From contig OZ024751.1 in the NCBI GenBank assembly GCA_964016885.1, positions 33,728,001 to 33,792,000 on the forward strand: DNA of 64,000 bases. The letters run 5' to 3'. A program made the translations under genes and the position numbers. Under the pieces are notes generated by a model, which worked only from the letters and a program-made list of their open reading frames with translations, was not told the origin of the DNA and did not search any database. This document shows, piece by piece, positions 11,191 through 23,650 of the stretch (the first letter of the stretch is position 1; the number at the start of each line of letters is the position of its first letter). This stretch comes from Eledone cirrhosa (Eukaryota).

Positions 11191-11411
11191 CGAAGGAATT
11201 GTGGTAAGAAACCAGATGGACCATAACGCACCAAAGTACTCAATACTTAGGGTAGTAAGAGTCCAGAAACGGCTCGAGCTCTGCCGTCGGGGTCATACTT
11301 GTTCCTATATATATAATTAGAAAGAGTAGGGTACCAACTCTTTCTAATATAATCACACTCGAGTATTCTTGAATAACGGTCTTACTAGTTTAATACGGGT
11401 TTAATCCTCAT

Positions 11412-11457
<46 letters not shown>

Positions 11458-13147
11458 AAGTAATAATATCAATCATAATAATGTCAACAGTTTATCTTCT
11501 GAGACAATGTCATTTTTAGAAATATGAATTGTGACAACAAAAACAATACAAAAGAAAACAATTGTTATGTAAACCCTTGAAAATATCTCTTCAAAAAATT
11601 ACATGCAAAAATGTTTTATTAAGAAAGTTATGAGGAAACAGAGCTCTGGTGGTATAGACTGAAGTTAACTGCTAATGAAAGACTTCTTGGACTTGCTCAC
11701 ATAAATTTTGTGTTTGTGTGTATGAGTATTGAATTATGTAAATCTGGTAGTGCTGGTGCCACGATAAAAGCCCCCTCATACCCTGTATTTTTCAGACTAC
11801 GGATTGTTTATATTAGATGGAAATATAGCGCAGATTGATGATCGTGGGTGGTAGTTGATTCGTTTGTTGATCTCACTTGTAGCTTCATGTGTCGTGTGGT
11901 CACTGTGGTGTGACCAGAGGTTGCATGTGTAAGTAAGTGTTCAATAAGATGATATGATAGTTCCTTGATCATGCAGAAAATGAATATATATAAATGAACT
12001 ACGATGACACCAAACCGCTATATTATTAATTTATTGAAAATAACTCACGCCGAAGCTATATGAAAAATACACAAGAATTATGGACGTTATTTGTTTGTAA
12101 AAGTATAATTAAATTGTATTTACAAAGAAAACCTCCTGAACTTCACTGGCTTGGTTGAGAGAGATACCAAGAGATAGAGTAAGAGTCTGTAGAAAGTAAT
12201 AGTTTACATGTTTACACTATCAAGAATTGCCTGATCTAAGGCAGGCTATTTATTTCTGTCGTTTCCTTTGTCTCCAAGACTTGAGAACAAAGGGCTGACC
12301 TTTCGAGGTCGTCCCATCTCAGACCTGTTGACGCCCGAAAGGAGATAACCCCCCCCTCCTCCCAAATGACCGTTAAATGTCACCCAAGGGTCAGCATGTG
12401 GACATATTTCGCTGATTTCGCTACAGAGATGTCTTGCATGGAGTCACAACACAAGACTCACATGATTGTGCTGTTATACAGGAGTTCCTACATTTATGGT
12501 TCACCCCGAGTATATCTGGTATCACCGTGAAAGGGACTGAAACACCTACAAAGTTATTTCAACCACCTGATAAGACATCAACTCCTACATTTGGAAAAGG
12601 AGTACAGCCGCATCCCCAGGAAACATGTGTGTTTTGCAAGTTTATTTACTAATATAGCATATTTTAGTTTCGTATGAGACGTACTACAAGTATACATCAT
12701 CATCATCGTCATTTAGCATTTATCTTCAACGCTATCATGGGTATAAAATACATATTATTATTATTATTTGGGGAAGTCTGTCGTAAATAAGTATTTGAAT
12801 TTATTTTGAAGTAAATTAGATTGCTCTCTGAATTCTATTTCAACGACTTTATTTCCTTATTATTATTGTAATAATAATTATTTCTGTAAGGGCTTTGTGT
12901 ACACATTAACGATTTCATGTCAAATGATTTACAAAAAATGAAATGATCACGAAATTCAAAATTAAAACAATAATTATATATTCAAAATATTATAGTTATT
13001 TGTTCTGAAATATTTTTCATGTTTAAAGTAACAAAGTAATTATTTAGCTGAATATAACATTTGTTCCGTATTTAATGTTTACTGTTGACATCCAATAATG
13101 GCTACGTCGTGAAAGAAACGTTGTCTCTCACACGTCTGTTGTTCAGG

Positions 13148-13177
13148 ATGAATGCTCGAGCACAGGTATTAGAATTG
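13148..13177 (+). CDS. ATG101: Autophagy-related protein 101, coding exon 1
   Basis: MNARAQVLEL (cf. human MNCRSEVLEV, from memory); GTAAGT donor. Confidence 0.93.
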
Positions 13178-13927
13178 GTAAGTTTACAGTCACTTCTTTA
13201 TAAATACTCATTTCTGTTTTTATTATTATAACTCACATTTATTAAAACCATCTCTAAATCTGTCTATTTATTATCTATAAAATATGTTTGTATGCCTGTC
13301 TTAGGTGAGTCATTCCGATATCATTAATACCACTCACCACTACGATTAACAACGAAATGGACTTTTTATTTTACTTTTGTGTCTTTCGACTATATCAGGC
13401 CATTGATGTCTGTCTAAATCTACCTTTGTGTATGGAATGGAGCTGGTTAAAGTCATTACATTATGTAGGTTAAAGAACTGCTATCAACCACCATCTATTT
13501 TAACAAAACATCGTTATTTTAGTCTTAAGTCAGTCCTGATCTAATATTTCCTGCTGTGAACATTATATCCTTTATTCAGACTGTTTATCTAGGGCTACAT
13601 TATCTAAAATATCCCCTTTTTAAAGATGTGATTTGAGGCAGATTTGACTTATTTCTAGGAGATCAAAACAACCACAATATGGTTCTGTTATTGGCTCGGA
13701 ATAATTGCGTGTGTGTCGATTAAAGTCTGACTGGTTATTGAAGTGAATCATAGTTCGAGTGGGATAATTGATACAATCGATCTATCTGTTCAAATATTAT
13801 TATCTTCAGAGTCCCCCTGGTGCTCTGTTACCAGTGGTCACCAAAAGCAACACACACATTACTGTTTTAATCCAATTTATTTCACTATTAAAATATTAAT
13901 TGAAGGATTTTTATAAAATATTTTCAG

Positions 13928-13964
13928 AAAGTCGAGGGTCGTCAGATAGAAGAAGCTGTTGCTA
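13928..13964 (+). CDS. ATG101: ATG101 exon 2
   Basis: ttttcag acceptor; KVEGRQIEEAVA; GTAAGT donor. Confidence 0.95.
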
Positions 13965-14089
13965 GTAAGTATCATCATCATCATCTCAAGTATATTATAT
14001 TTAATCCTTATTTCTCCCTTTTGATATCAAACCATAGTTGCCCCTTGATTCTATAGTACCAAACTGTATATTATAACCCTTTCATACCA

Positions 14090-14575
14090 AACTTTGTGTC
14101 TAACACCCGTGGACATGCTTACAAAATCAGAAAACAGTACAACTCCCATGACTTTTTGAAATATTTTTTCACACTTAGAGTTGCTGAAACAAACTACCTG
14201 CATCAGTTGTTAGCTGTCGGGACACTACATCCTTTAAAACTTCCATGGAACAAACTACCTGCATTAGTTCTTAGCTGTCGGGACACTGCATCCTTTAAAA
14301 CCTCCATGGAACAAACTACCTGCATCAGATGTTAGTTGTTGGGACACTGCATCCTTTAAAACCTCCATGCTTCCTGAAATTCACCAACACTACACCTGAT
14401 ATTCCCCTCCATACACACACACTTATGTATCTGTGTGTATATCATGATTCATACACTGTTCACTTTCCTGACATTTGTACATTATTCTATGTACTATATA
14501 TGCACCTTTGATGAGTTGTAGTGCACCTGAGCACTGTACACAATCATTTTCATTATTATTATTTTATTTTATTAT
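14090..14575 (+). mobile_element. CR1-type LINE 3' fragment with an internal ~60-bp triplication
   Basis: SNTRGHAYKIRKQ..FLKYFFTLRVAE..WNKLP..ASFK matches the CR1 C-terminal TRGH..FF.RV..WN.LP..FK pattern; (ATT)n tail. Confidence 0.8.
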
Positions 14576-14740
14576 AATCCTTTCATACCAAACTACCTGA
14601 AATTGCCCCTTGATACACTAAATACCACTACACTATATACCACTACACTATACACCATACACCACTCACTATATACCGCTACCTTACTACCTAATAGTTG
14701 GTACATCTGCCATATTCTAATAAGTTGTCTTTTTTCACAG

Positions 14741-14781
14741 GTATTTTTCATGCTTTACTTTTCCATAGAACCTTAGGAAAG
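14741..14781 (+). CDS. ATG101: ATG101 exon 3
   Basis: ttcacag acceptor; SIFHALLFHRTLGK; GTAAGT donor. Confidence 0.95.
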
Positions 14782-14811
14782 GTAAGTATTTTCATTATTT
14801 GTTATTAAAAT

Positions 14812-15025
14812 GGCGGTGGTGATTAGCAGAATTGGTAGAGCATCAGATGAAATATTTTACAGTATTTGGTTACAACTTCCTACATTCTGAGGTCAAATCA
14901 CACCGAGGTCAACTTTACCTTTCATCCTCTAGAGGTTGATAAAATAAAGTACCAGTTACATACTGTGGTTGATATAACTTTCCCTTTACCCTAAATTGAT
15001 GGCTTTCTGGCAATGTTAGAAAGAA
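14812..15025 (+). mobile_element. Family A SINE, diverged copy
   Basis: Same head, core and tail as 6333-6523. Confidence 0.8.
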
Positions 15026-15044
15026 TATATTTTCTCTTCTGAAA

Positions 15045-15546
15045 GTAGTAGTAGTAGTTTAAAGAATCCCTAGTAATCTCTGTGTAGTAGTAGCAGTAGT
15101 TGTAGTAGTTTAAAGAATCCCCATTAATCTCTGTGTAGTAGTAGTAGTTAAGAGGTTCTATTAATCTCTATGTGTAGTCGTAGTAGTAGTAGTTAAGAGG
15201 TTCTATTAATCTCTATGTGTAGTAGTAGTAGTAGTAGCAGCAGTAGCAGTAGTTAAGAGGTTCTATTAATCTCTATGTGTAGTAGTAGTAGTAGCAGTAG
15301 TTAAGAGGTCCTATTAATCTCTATGTAGCAGTAGTAGTAGTAAAGAGGTTCTATTATTCTCTGAGTAGTAGTAGTAGTAGTAGTTAAGAGGTTCTATTAA
15401 TCTCTGTAGTAGTAGTAGTAGTAGTAGTAGCAGCAGTAGTTAAGAGGTCCTATTAATCTCTATGTGTAGTAGTAGTAGCAGTAGTTAAGAGGTCCTATTA
15501 ATCTCTATGTGTAGTAGTAGCAGTAGTTAAGAGGTCCTATTAATCT
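15045..15546. repeat. Compound repeat: (GTA)n alternating with TTAAGAGGTyCTATTAATCTCTATGT
   Basis: About 12 units, each with a variable-length GTA/GCA tract. Confidence 0.9.
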
Positions 15547-15595
15547 GTTTTATGAGAGAGGAGGAGACTAAACTTTGTTTTCTTCTATTTACCAG

Positions 15596-15676
15596 TTTAC
15601 ATGGAGAGAGGATGGTTACTCTATTGGTACTGTTGGTATGACAGATATAGATTGTGATTTCATTGACTTCACCTAT
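15596..15676 (+). CDS. ATG101: ATG101 exon 4
   Basis: FTWREDGYSIGTVGMTDIDCDFIDFTY, with the YSIGTVG..D.DCDFIDFTY motif; GTAAGT donor. Confidence 0.97.
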
Positions 15677-16027
15677 GTAAGTATTATATTATTACAATGC
15701 ACTGGGTAATTGCTGGCCTTGTGCCTAAAGTAGAAACAATTATTACATTATAGTACCAGTAATGTACTGGGTAATTGCTGGCCTTGTGCCAAAAGTAGAA
15801 ACAATTATTATTACATTTTTATTGTGGTACCATTGCTGGGGAGGCAATGACAGTGGCCTTGAAAAGAGTGAGTTTCATCTGGCAGTATATTGTGCCTGGC
15901 TTTCCATATTGGCATGGGTTGGACAAGGAAGTGAAGTAGGGAAGTGGGTGAGAATAGGGGTTACATGAAAATATATGATTTTCTAAATTGTTGTGTAATT
16001 CCCAAGAGAAATGTTTTATTTAAACAG

Positions 16028-16126
16028 GTTCGTGTTTCTTCTGATGAATTGGACAGATACTTAAAGAAAGAGATTGCTTCTTTTCGAGATGCATTGAGGA
16101 AAACAAATGGAGCCACCACTGGCCAG
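16028..16126 (+). CDS. ATG101: ATG101 exon 5
   Basis: VRVSSDELDRYLKKEIASFRDALRKTNGATTGQ; GTAAGT donor. Confidence 0.97.
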
Positions 16127-16830
16127 GTAAGTCTATATTTTATAGTATTTTCACCTGTGAGAAATCATCCACTACTGTCTAATAAATAGAAGGCTACAGA
16201 ATGCAATAAGATTACATAGAAATATTTCCACATAAGTCTTTTAAACATTATATTGACATATATATAAACAGACTTGGCTTGTAACATTACATACATAAAA
16301 TAATAAACCAAGTAACACTTCAAAATATTTCACCACACAATGTTAATCATCATCATCATCATCATCATCATCACCATTTAACGTCCATTTTTCCATACTG
16401 GCATAGGTTAGACGTATGATTAAATACATTATAGAATTAAAAACAATCTGAAATTAAAGATTACCCAAGCTGTGAACAACTTCAAATTTTATTCTGACAT
16501 GACTTTATTGAAACTTTTAAAGAAGATCATCGTGTGTTTTAAAACTTAAATACAATTGTCAGTGGATAGACAAAATAATCTTGGCTAAATCATTATTTTG
16601 TCTACACACTGATATGTGTTTATTATTATTATTAGTAGCAGTAGTAATTCACTGGGGTCGATTTGACTTTCCCCTCCCCTTCAAATTGCTGGCCTTGTGT
16701 CTAAACTAGAAACAATTATTTTTATTATTATTATTATTTGGTTGTTATATATACTCAGGTGAGTCTTATGTAACTCAGACCATTCTGTCACACTTAAATT
16801 ATTGATATATTGTGTAATTCCTGCTTTTAG

Positions 16831-16945
16831 ATTTCATTAGAATTCTACGAGAAGAGACGGAGTCGTTGGTTATTCCAGCATGAGTCAGTTCCGTGGGAAA
16901 TTTGGACTTTGAAGTTAGAAGTTGTTATGTTAGATAAAGAATCTG
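16831..16945 (+). CDS. ATG101: ATG101 exon 6 (WF finger)
   Basis: ISLEFYEKRRSRWLFQHESVPWEIWTLKLEVVMLDKES; GTAAGT donor. Confidence 0.97.
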
Positions 16946-17104
16946 GTAAGTATCTTCCTGTAATTCTCTGTAATAACAGATATTAGTTGTTTTCATAGCA
17001 ACTGACTGGAGATTATCTCTTTTTCTCAGACAACATGGCCAGTCAAAGATAAACTCGAAAAGTAGGACTAAAAGACAAACACACACACACACACATATTT
17101 ATGT

Positions 17105-17150
<46 letters not shown>

Positions 17151-17564
17151 ATACAAACACTCAAGTACTTAACTCCTATACAGAAACACACACACATATT
17201 TTAATAAATATTACATGAACCACACAGAGGCATTGAAAGCTCCTCTCCAACATTCTCCTAGATTTCCAACAAATCCTTTGATAATAGATATATCATCTGA
17301 AATATATTGGGACTTCTAAATATTTCTGGAGTAACATTATCTTCTTGTTTGTCTTCTTCACTCAACCTCGCCTCATTCTTCACAGGACTTTGTTACCTTG
17401 ATACTAAAAACCTTATTTCTAGTGTGGCAGCTTCCTAGACATAATCACTTTTCATATATGTGTGTTTGTTTGTGTGTATGTTTATGTATGTGTGTATATG
17501 TATATATATTTAGCCTTAATAAAATGATTATATATATATGTTTGTGTGTGTATGTGTGCATATT

Positions 17565-17599
<35 letters not shown>

Positions 17600-17729
17600 T
17601 GTACATATCTCTGTATGTGTGTATGTATATGTAAATATAGGAAGTAAAATTATGATTTTAAATCACATTGGCATATTTCCATGAAAACAAATTAATATGT
17701 TTTTGTAATTAATCTATTTTGATTTGTAG

Positions 17730-17896
17730 ATCGTCAAGAACAGAGGGAGAAATTAGGTGAAGAATTATCGGAGAAAGTCGTTCATATAATAGAAGCAATG
17801 AACAAGCATGAATATGTGCCGAAAACACCAAATTTACAAGATTTAGATCTTGTCTTTGATACAAGTTATCCTGATATTCAACCATATCTTTTCCAA
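17730..17896 (+). CDS. ATG101: ATG101 exon 7
   Basis: DRQEQREKLGEELSEKVVHIIEAMNKHEYVPKTPNLQDLDLVFDTSYPDIQPYLFQ; GTAGGT donor. Confidence 0.97.
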
Positions 17897-18083
17897 GTAG
17901 GTTATTTGATAATGTTCCTTGTGTTGTTCTAAATTGATTAATTTTGGTAAATTAATTTACAGAACTTTATGTAATCGAGAGATTACTTGGTGTTGAGAAT
18001 CTAATTAAAGTATTTGTCTTGCAAGTGTAGAGTTGAAAGGAAAATAACAAGAAATATATATGAACACACACACACATATCATC

Positions 18084-18272
18084 ATTGGCAGTATCGGTAG
18101 AGGGTCGGACGCCATGTTTTGACGCATAGAGTTACGGCCCTTGCCATTCTGAGTTCAAATCCCGCCGAGGTTAACTTTGCCTTTCATCCTTACGGGGTCG
18201 ATAAAATAAAGTACCAGTAATGCACTGGATAATTGCTGGCCTTGTGCCAAAAGTAGAAACAATTATTATTAT
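18084..18272 (+). mobile_element. Family A SINE
   Basis: Near full-length; B-box GAGTTCAAATCC. Confidence 0.9.
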
Positions 18273-18506
18273 CACCATCACCATCATGGTGATGATGATA
18301 TTGATGATAATGGTGATAATGATGATGATAATATATGCCAGACCAGCAGTTAACTTAAAACTATAAATAACTCCAGTTCTAAACAGCCGACTACACACAA
18401 TTTGTGGAAGAGTATAGTTAGTAATATCAACTCTATTTGATAAACTTATACTTTGTCTTATTTATTTATTTTGATTTTCTAAATTCCTATATTCCTTATA
18501 TTTCAG

Positions 18507-18590
18507 TTATTTCATCACACTACATCACCGACATCAACATTTTTACCAAATCCAATAGGAAAAATCTTCAACAGATCACTTCAAATGTAA
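18507..18590 (+). CDS. ATG101: ATG101 exon 8 (terminal)
   Basis: tttcag acceptor; LFHHTTSPTSTFLPNPIGKIFNRSLQM*. Gives 217 aa in total, close to the human length. AATAAA at ~18700 and ~18714. Confidence 0.8.
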   Translation, partial: LFHHTTSPTSTFLPNPIGKIFNRSLQM

Positions 18591-19288
18591 TATTTGAAGC
18601 AGTCATTTCTGGAACTTCTTATGACAATTCTTCTATAGAATATTGTCTTGTAATTATTCTCTTTTCTATTATTCAGTTCATTTATATATTTTTCAGTTCA
18701 ATAAACAGTAAACAATAAACTTTGATCATGAACAAATTTGTCTTTGAGTTTCCTTTCAGAGTAATTTTTTTATCAGTGACGCATTAACTTTTTTCAGAAG
18801 ATCATTGATAACATTCACGGAGGAACATTTATGAAGCACCAAATATATATTTACTTTTAATTACATTATGAGACAGAGTAGGATATAAAATACTTTGTTG
18901 GCCAAGTTATAGAGAGATGGGGTAGTTTTTAATGTATATTTTTTATGGTTTTGTCTGAAAAAGATGGACAGCAAACATGTCCTTTACAGAAGCTTGAAAA
19001 CTGGTGTGGGGATGGAAAGAAGATATAGAATGATGTGTTGTTAACCATGCAGCCTAGACCTATAGAGTTTCTAGTTGTGAGATGAAGGGTAGATCTGTTG
19101 TTAACCACACAGCCAAGGTGTATAGAATTTCTAGTTGTGAGATCAGGGGTAGATTTGTTGAATAGACAATAGATGAACACAAGTGCAGACATACTCCAAG
19201 AATATTTTGTGATGGATGTACAAAAAAGTGTAGTGATGTCGGGCAATACAGCTAATTGTATGGATATCATGTAGGTCTGTAGTAATGA

Positions 19289-19514
19289 GGGAAGTATTGT
19301 GGCTTAATGGTTCGGGTGTTCGACTTACGGTTGATAATGCCATGGGTTTGATTCTTCAACTGGGTTGTGTATTGTGTTCTTGAACAAAACACTTCATTTC
19401 ACATTGCTCCAGTACACTCAGCTGAACATGAGTACCAGTAATATCTGGAGTTTAACTCTGTGATGGACTGGCGACTTCTAAGGGATAGTATTGTATTCTC
19501 TGTCGCTTAACACC
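19289..19514 (+). mobile_element. tRNA-derived SINE, family C
   Basis: tRNA-like head TGGCTTAATGG..GGGTTTGATTC, then GTGTTCTTGAACAAAACACTT and CTGTGATGGACTGGCGAC, resembling conserved SINE central domains. Confidence 0.6.
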
Positions 19515-19517
19515 AAC

Positions 19518-21103
19518 AGGGGCAGTGAACCACCAACAGGGTACCTGGAAGGTGTTATACAGGGGCAGTGAACCACCAACAGGGTACCTGGAAGGTGTTA
19601 TACAGGGGCAGTGAACCACCAACAGGGTATCTGGAAGGTGTTATACAGGGGCAGTGAACCACCAACAGGGTACCTGGAAGGTGTTATACAGGGGCAGTGA
19701 ACCACCAACAGGGTATCTGGAAGGTGTTATACAGGGGCAGTGAACCACCAACAGGGTACCTGGAAGGTGTTATACAGAGGCAGTGAACCACCAACAGGGT
19801 ATCTGGAAGGTGTTATACAGGGGCAGTGAACCACCAACAGGGTACCTGGAAGGTGTTATACAGGGGCAGTGAACCACCAACAGGGTACCTGGAAGGTGTT
19901 ATACAGGGGCAGTGAACCACCAACAGGGTACCTGGAAGGTGTTATACAGGGGCAGTGAACCACCAACAGGGTACCTGGAAGGTGTTATACAGGGGCAGTG
20001 AACCACCAACAGGGTATCTGGAAGGTGTTATACAGGGGCAGTGAACCACCAACAGGGTACCTGGAAGGTGTTATACAGGGGCAGTGAACCACCAATAGGG
20101 TATCTGGAAGGTGTTATACAGGGGCAGTGAACCACCAACAGGGTACCTGGAAGGTGTTATACAGGGGCAGTGAACCACCAACAGGGTACCTGGAAGGTGT
20201 TATACAGGGGCAGTGAACCACCAACAGGGTACCTGGAAGGTGTTATACAGGGGCAGTGAACCACCAACAGGGTATCTGGAAGGTGTTATACAGGGGCAGT
20301 GAACCACCAACAGGGTACCTGGAAGGTGTTATACAGGGGCAGTGAACCACCAACAGGGTACCTGGAAGGTGTTATACAGGGGCAGTGAACCACCAATAGG
20401 GTACCTGGAAGGTGTTATACAGGGGCAGTGAACCACCAATAGGGTACCTGGAAGGTGTTATACAGGGGCAGTGAACCACCAACAGGGTACCTGGAAGGTG
20501 TTATACAGGGGCAGTGAACCACCAACAGGGTACCTGGAAGGTGTTATACAGGGGCAGTGAACCACCAACAGGGTACCTGGAAGGTGTTATACAGGGGCAG
20601 TGAACCACCAACAGGGTACCTGGAAGGTGTTATACAGGGGCAGTGAACCACCAACAGGGTACCTGGAAGGTGTTATACAGGGGCAGTGAACCACCAACAG
20701 GGTACCTGGAAGGTGTTATACAGGGGCAGTGAACCACCAACAGGGTACCTGGAAGGTGTTATACAGGGGCAGTGAACCACCAATAGGGTACCTGGAAGGT
20801 GTTATACAGGGGCAGTGAACCACCAACAGGGTACCTGGAAGGTGTTATACAGGGGCAGTGAACCACCAACAGGGTACCTGGAAGGTGTTATACAGGGGCA
20901 GTGAACCACCAATAGGGTACCTGGAAGGTGTTATACAGGGGCAGTGAACCACCAACAGGGTACCTGGAAGGTGTTATACAGGGGCAGTGAACCACCAACA
21001 GGGTACCTGGAAGGTGTTATACAGGGGCAGTGAACCACCAACAGGGTACCTGGAAGGTGTTATACAGGGGCAGTGAACCACCAACAGGGTACCTGGAAGG
21101 TGT
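19518..21103. repeat. 43-bp minisatellite, about 37 nearly identical copies
   Basis: Unit CACCAACAGGGTACCTGGAAGGTGTTATACAGGGGCAGTGAAC; no spacers. Confidence 0.98.
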
Positions 21104-21643
21104 AACATATGTACAGCAAAACCACCAATCAAACAAACATTAACTGACCACCATAAATGAATGTGAACCGTTATAGACCTTTCTAAGCCCTACAGGTTCA
21201 TTCTGTCATTACCACAACAGAGGTCCAACGAGCTTTTGATTCCAGAGTCGGGCTAGATCGAACCTTGAGCTGATCAATAACGAAACGTGCATCACTACTC
21301 ATTAAACGTAATGAAGACACAAATCATCCTTTTTATTATTATTAATATGTATACACTGGGTAATTGCTGGCCTTGTGCCTAAAAGTAGAAACAATTAATA
21401 TGTATATAGTGGTTGGATTGTTTGAAACATCAATAAAATCAATTAGACATCCACAGACACGTGTAATATAATCCTCCTCCTCACCTCCTCAATCTCTAAC
21501 CCAGTCTTAAGATGGCCGCCAAACAATTATATAGCCTGATAAAAGTGAATATAGATTGCTAAACTCATGGATCGTCCTCTAATCGATTTATATTCCTATA
21601 AATCGATTTATACTCCTATAAATAGATGTATATTCCTATAATA

Positions 21644-21743
21644 CAGGCTGTCTCCCAAAAATATATACACACTTCAACAGCATTCTAAGAAATATTGTCT
21701 GCACAGGTAATCAAAGTATGTATACATTTTTTGGGACACCCTG
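21644..21743. mobile_element. Tc1/mariner-type MITE, 100 bp
   Basis: TA-CAGGCTGTCTCCCAAAAATATATACACACTT ... AAGTATGTATACATTTTTTGGGACACCCTG-TA: ~30-bp imperfect TIRs with TA TSD. Confidence 0.8.
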
Positions 21744-22025
21744 TATATTCTAGATGTGGGTTAGCTTGCCTCAATAATCATTAAAGGGAACCCCCCAGTG
21801 CCCCTTCTTGTACTGTGTTTCACTATACCCCACCCCTTTATATATTTTTAATTTGTTTCTATTTAAAAAATGTTTAAATACAAATTTAAAAAATATAAAA
21901 TTAGAATTTTATTTCTTGCTGTAGCAGGAAAATGTCTAGTGTTTGTATAATGGTTATAAATAATTGAACGGGATAAATATTTACGATGTGTTAACTAAAT
22001 AGTTCCTTGGAACTGAGTTTAAATG

Positions 22026-22132
22026 ATAATTGTTTCTACTTTAGGCACAAGACCAGCAATTACCCACTACATTACTGGTACTTTATTTTATCGACCCCGT
22101 AAGGATGAAAGGCAAAGTTAACCTCGGCGGGA
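22026..22132 (-). mobile_element. Family A SINE, 3' half
   Basis: Reverse complement of core and tail. Confidence 0.85.
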
Positions 22133-22675
22133 TGATAATGGCTGTTAGTTTATGTTGAAGGGAGAGAAAGTCGATTATATCGATCTCAGTCTATCGCTGG
22201 TATTTTATTTAATTGATCTTGAAAGGACAAAAGGTAAAGATGATCTAGATTTGAACTGAGAACGTAAAAGGACGTAACTAAATGCCGTAAAACATTTGAG
22301 ATTGTTCCAGTGGTTGATCGCATGTGCAGAAGTGGTCCCTAGGACTTGATGTTACACATGGTGTTAGGAGTAGTTCTACATTGCCACAGATGGGACACCT
22401 TCTAGTGTAATCTACTTTATCGATCTCATTTAGTCCGATACTCTATCAATTCCGGCATAGAGGTTAAATCAAGTTATCAAACTTCACAACCACGTAATAC
22501 ACTCAGTGACCCCCAACCCTATTTCCAGGCAGACCTGTATACACGCAAATTGTAAATAATATATAATAAACAAAATCGTTAATTTAAATATAATAAATAA
22601 TATAATTATACTTTGGGAGGGTTAGAAACGAAATAATATATATTTATTATTTCACTATATTTATTAATTTATAAA

Positions 22676-22862
22676 TAATTGTTTCTACTTTTGGCACAAG
22701 GCCAGCAATTATCCAGTGCATTACTGGTACTTTATTTTATCGACCTCGTAAGGATGAAAGGCAAAGTTAACCTCGGCGGGATTTGAACTCAGAATAGCAA
22801 GGGCCGTAACTCAATGCGTCAAAGCATGGCGTCCGACCCTCTACCGATACTGCCAATCCACC
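22676..22862 (-). mobile_element. Family A SINE, full length
   Basis: Near-identical reverse complement of 18084-18272; flanked by similar ~40-bp AT-rich segments. Confidence 0.9.
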
Positions 22863-23329
22863 ATATATATAAATAATATAATATATACTATGTATAAATA
22901 AATATATATTTATTATTTTACTATATTTATTAATTTATATATGATAAATAATATAATATATACTATGTAGAAATAAATATTATATATTTATTATTTTATA
23001 TTTACATTATTTGATATTTAATATACTATTATATAATCTCTACCCCCCGGACCAACTCAACACCCCCTCAGAGTGGTATCGAACACTTTCAGAACCTCTA
23101 GGTTATATAAAAACAATAACAACAGCTAACATTCAAATGTTGTTAGTAATAGACTCTTCCATCATAAGACTAGTCCTAACTTAAGACTAGTCCTAACTTA
23201 AGACTAGTCTTATATGACGTAATAATTCTAAGTTGGAGTTACATCGTCTTTTTTACTTTTGACTCTCTTCTACACCTGTTGAATTAATTCTTACACCGTA
23301 ACATTACATTAAATATTGCTGAACATTTT

Positions 23330-23650
23330 ATATAAATACACCACAATATTTTATATAAAACATTTCACAACATTTTATATGAAACACTTCACAACATTTT
23401 ATATAAGATACACCACAACATCTTATATGAAACACTTCACAACATTTTATATAAGATACACCACAACATCTTATATGAAACACTTCACAACATTTTATAT
23501 AAGATACTCCACAACATCTTATATGAAACACTTCACAACATTTTATATAAGATACTCCACAACATCTTATATGAAACACTTCACAACATTTTATATAAGA
23601 TACTCCACAACATTTTATATAAAACACTCTACAACATCTTATGTAAAACA
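23330..23650. repeat. 24/48-bp higher-order minisatellite
   Basis: Alternating subunits ATATGAAACACTTCACAACATTTT and ATATAAGATACACCACAACATCTT. Confidence 0.92.

Noticed and set aside
11190-11410. Hairpin-rich insert between TA tracts (TGGAC...GTCCA-GAAAC; ATTAGAAAGAGT/ACTCTTTCTAAT)
   Set aside because: Resembles a Penelope terminal remnant but lacks the CUGANGA core, so no ribozyme call is supportable.
11780-12660. Possible solo LTR (TGTAGC at 11878 ... GCTACA at 12425)
   Set aside because: No matching target-site duplication and no second copy in the window.
19518-21103. CRISPR-like appearance of regular 43-bp repeats (also the 41-, 31- and 20-bp arrays)
   Set aside because: Pure tandem units with no unique spacers, no cas genes, and a eukaryotic context.
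21505-21625. YY1-like AAGATGGCCGCC plus two AATCGATTT motifs as a possible promoter
   Set aside because: Motif matches only; no adjacent exon or donor identified.
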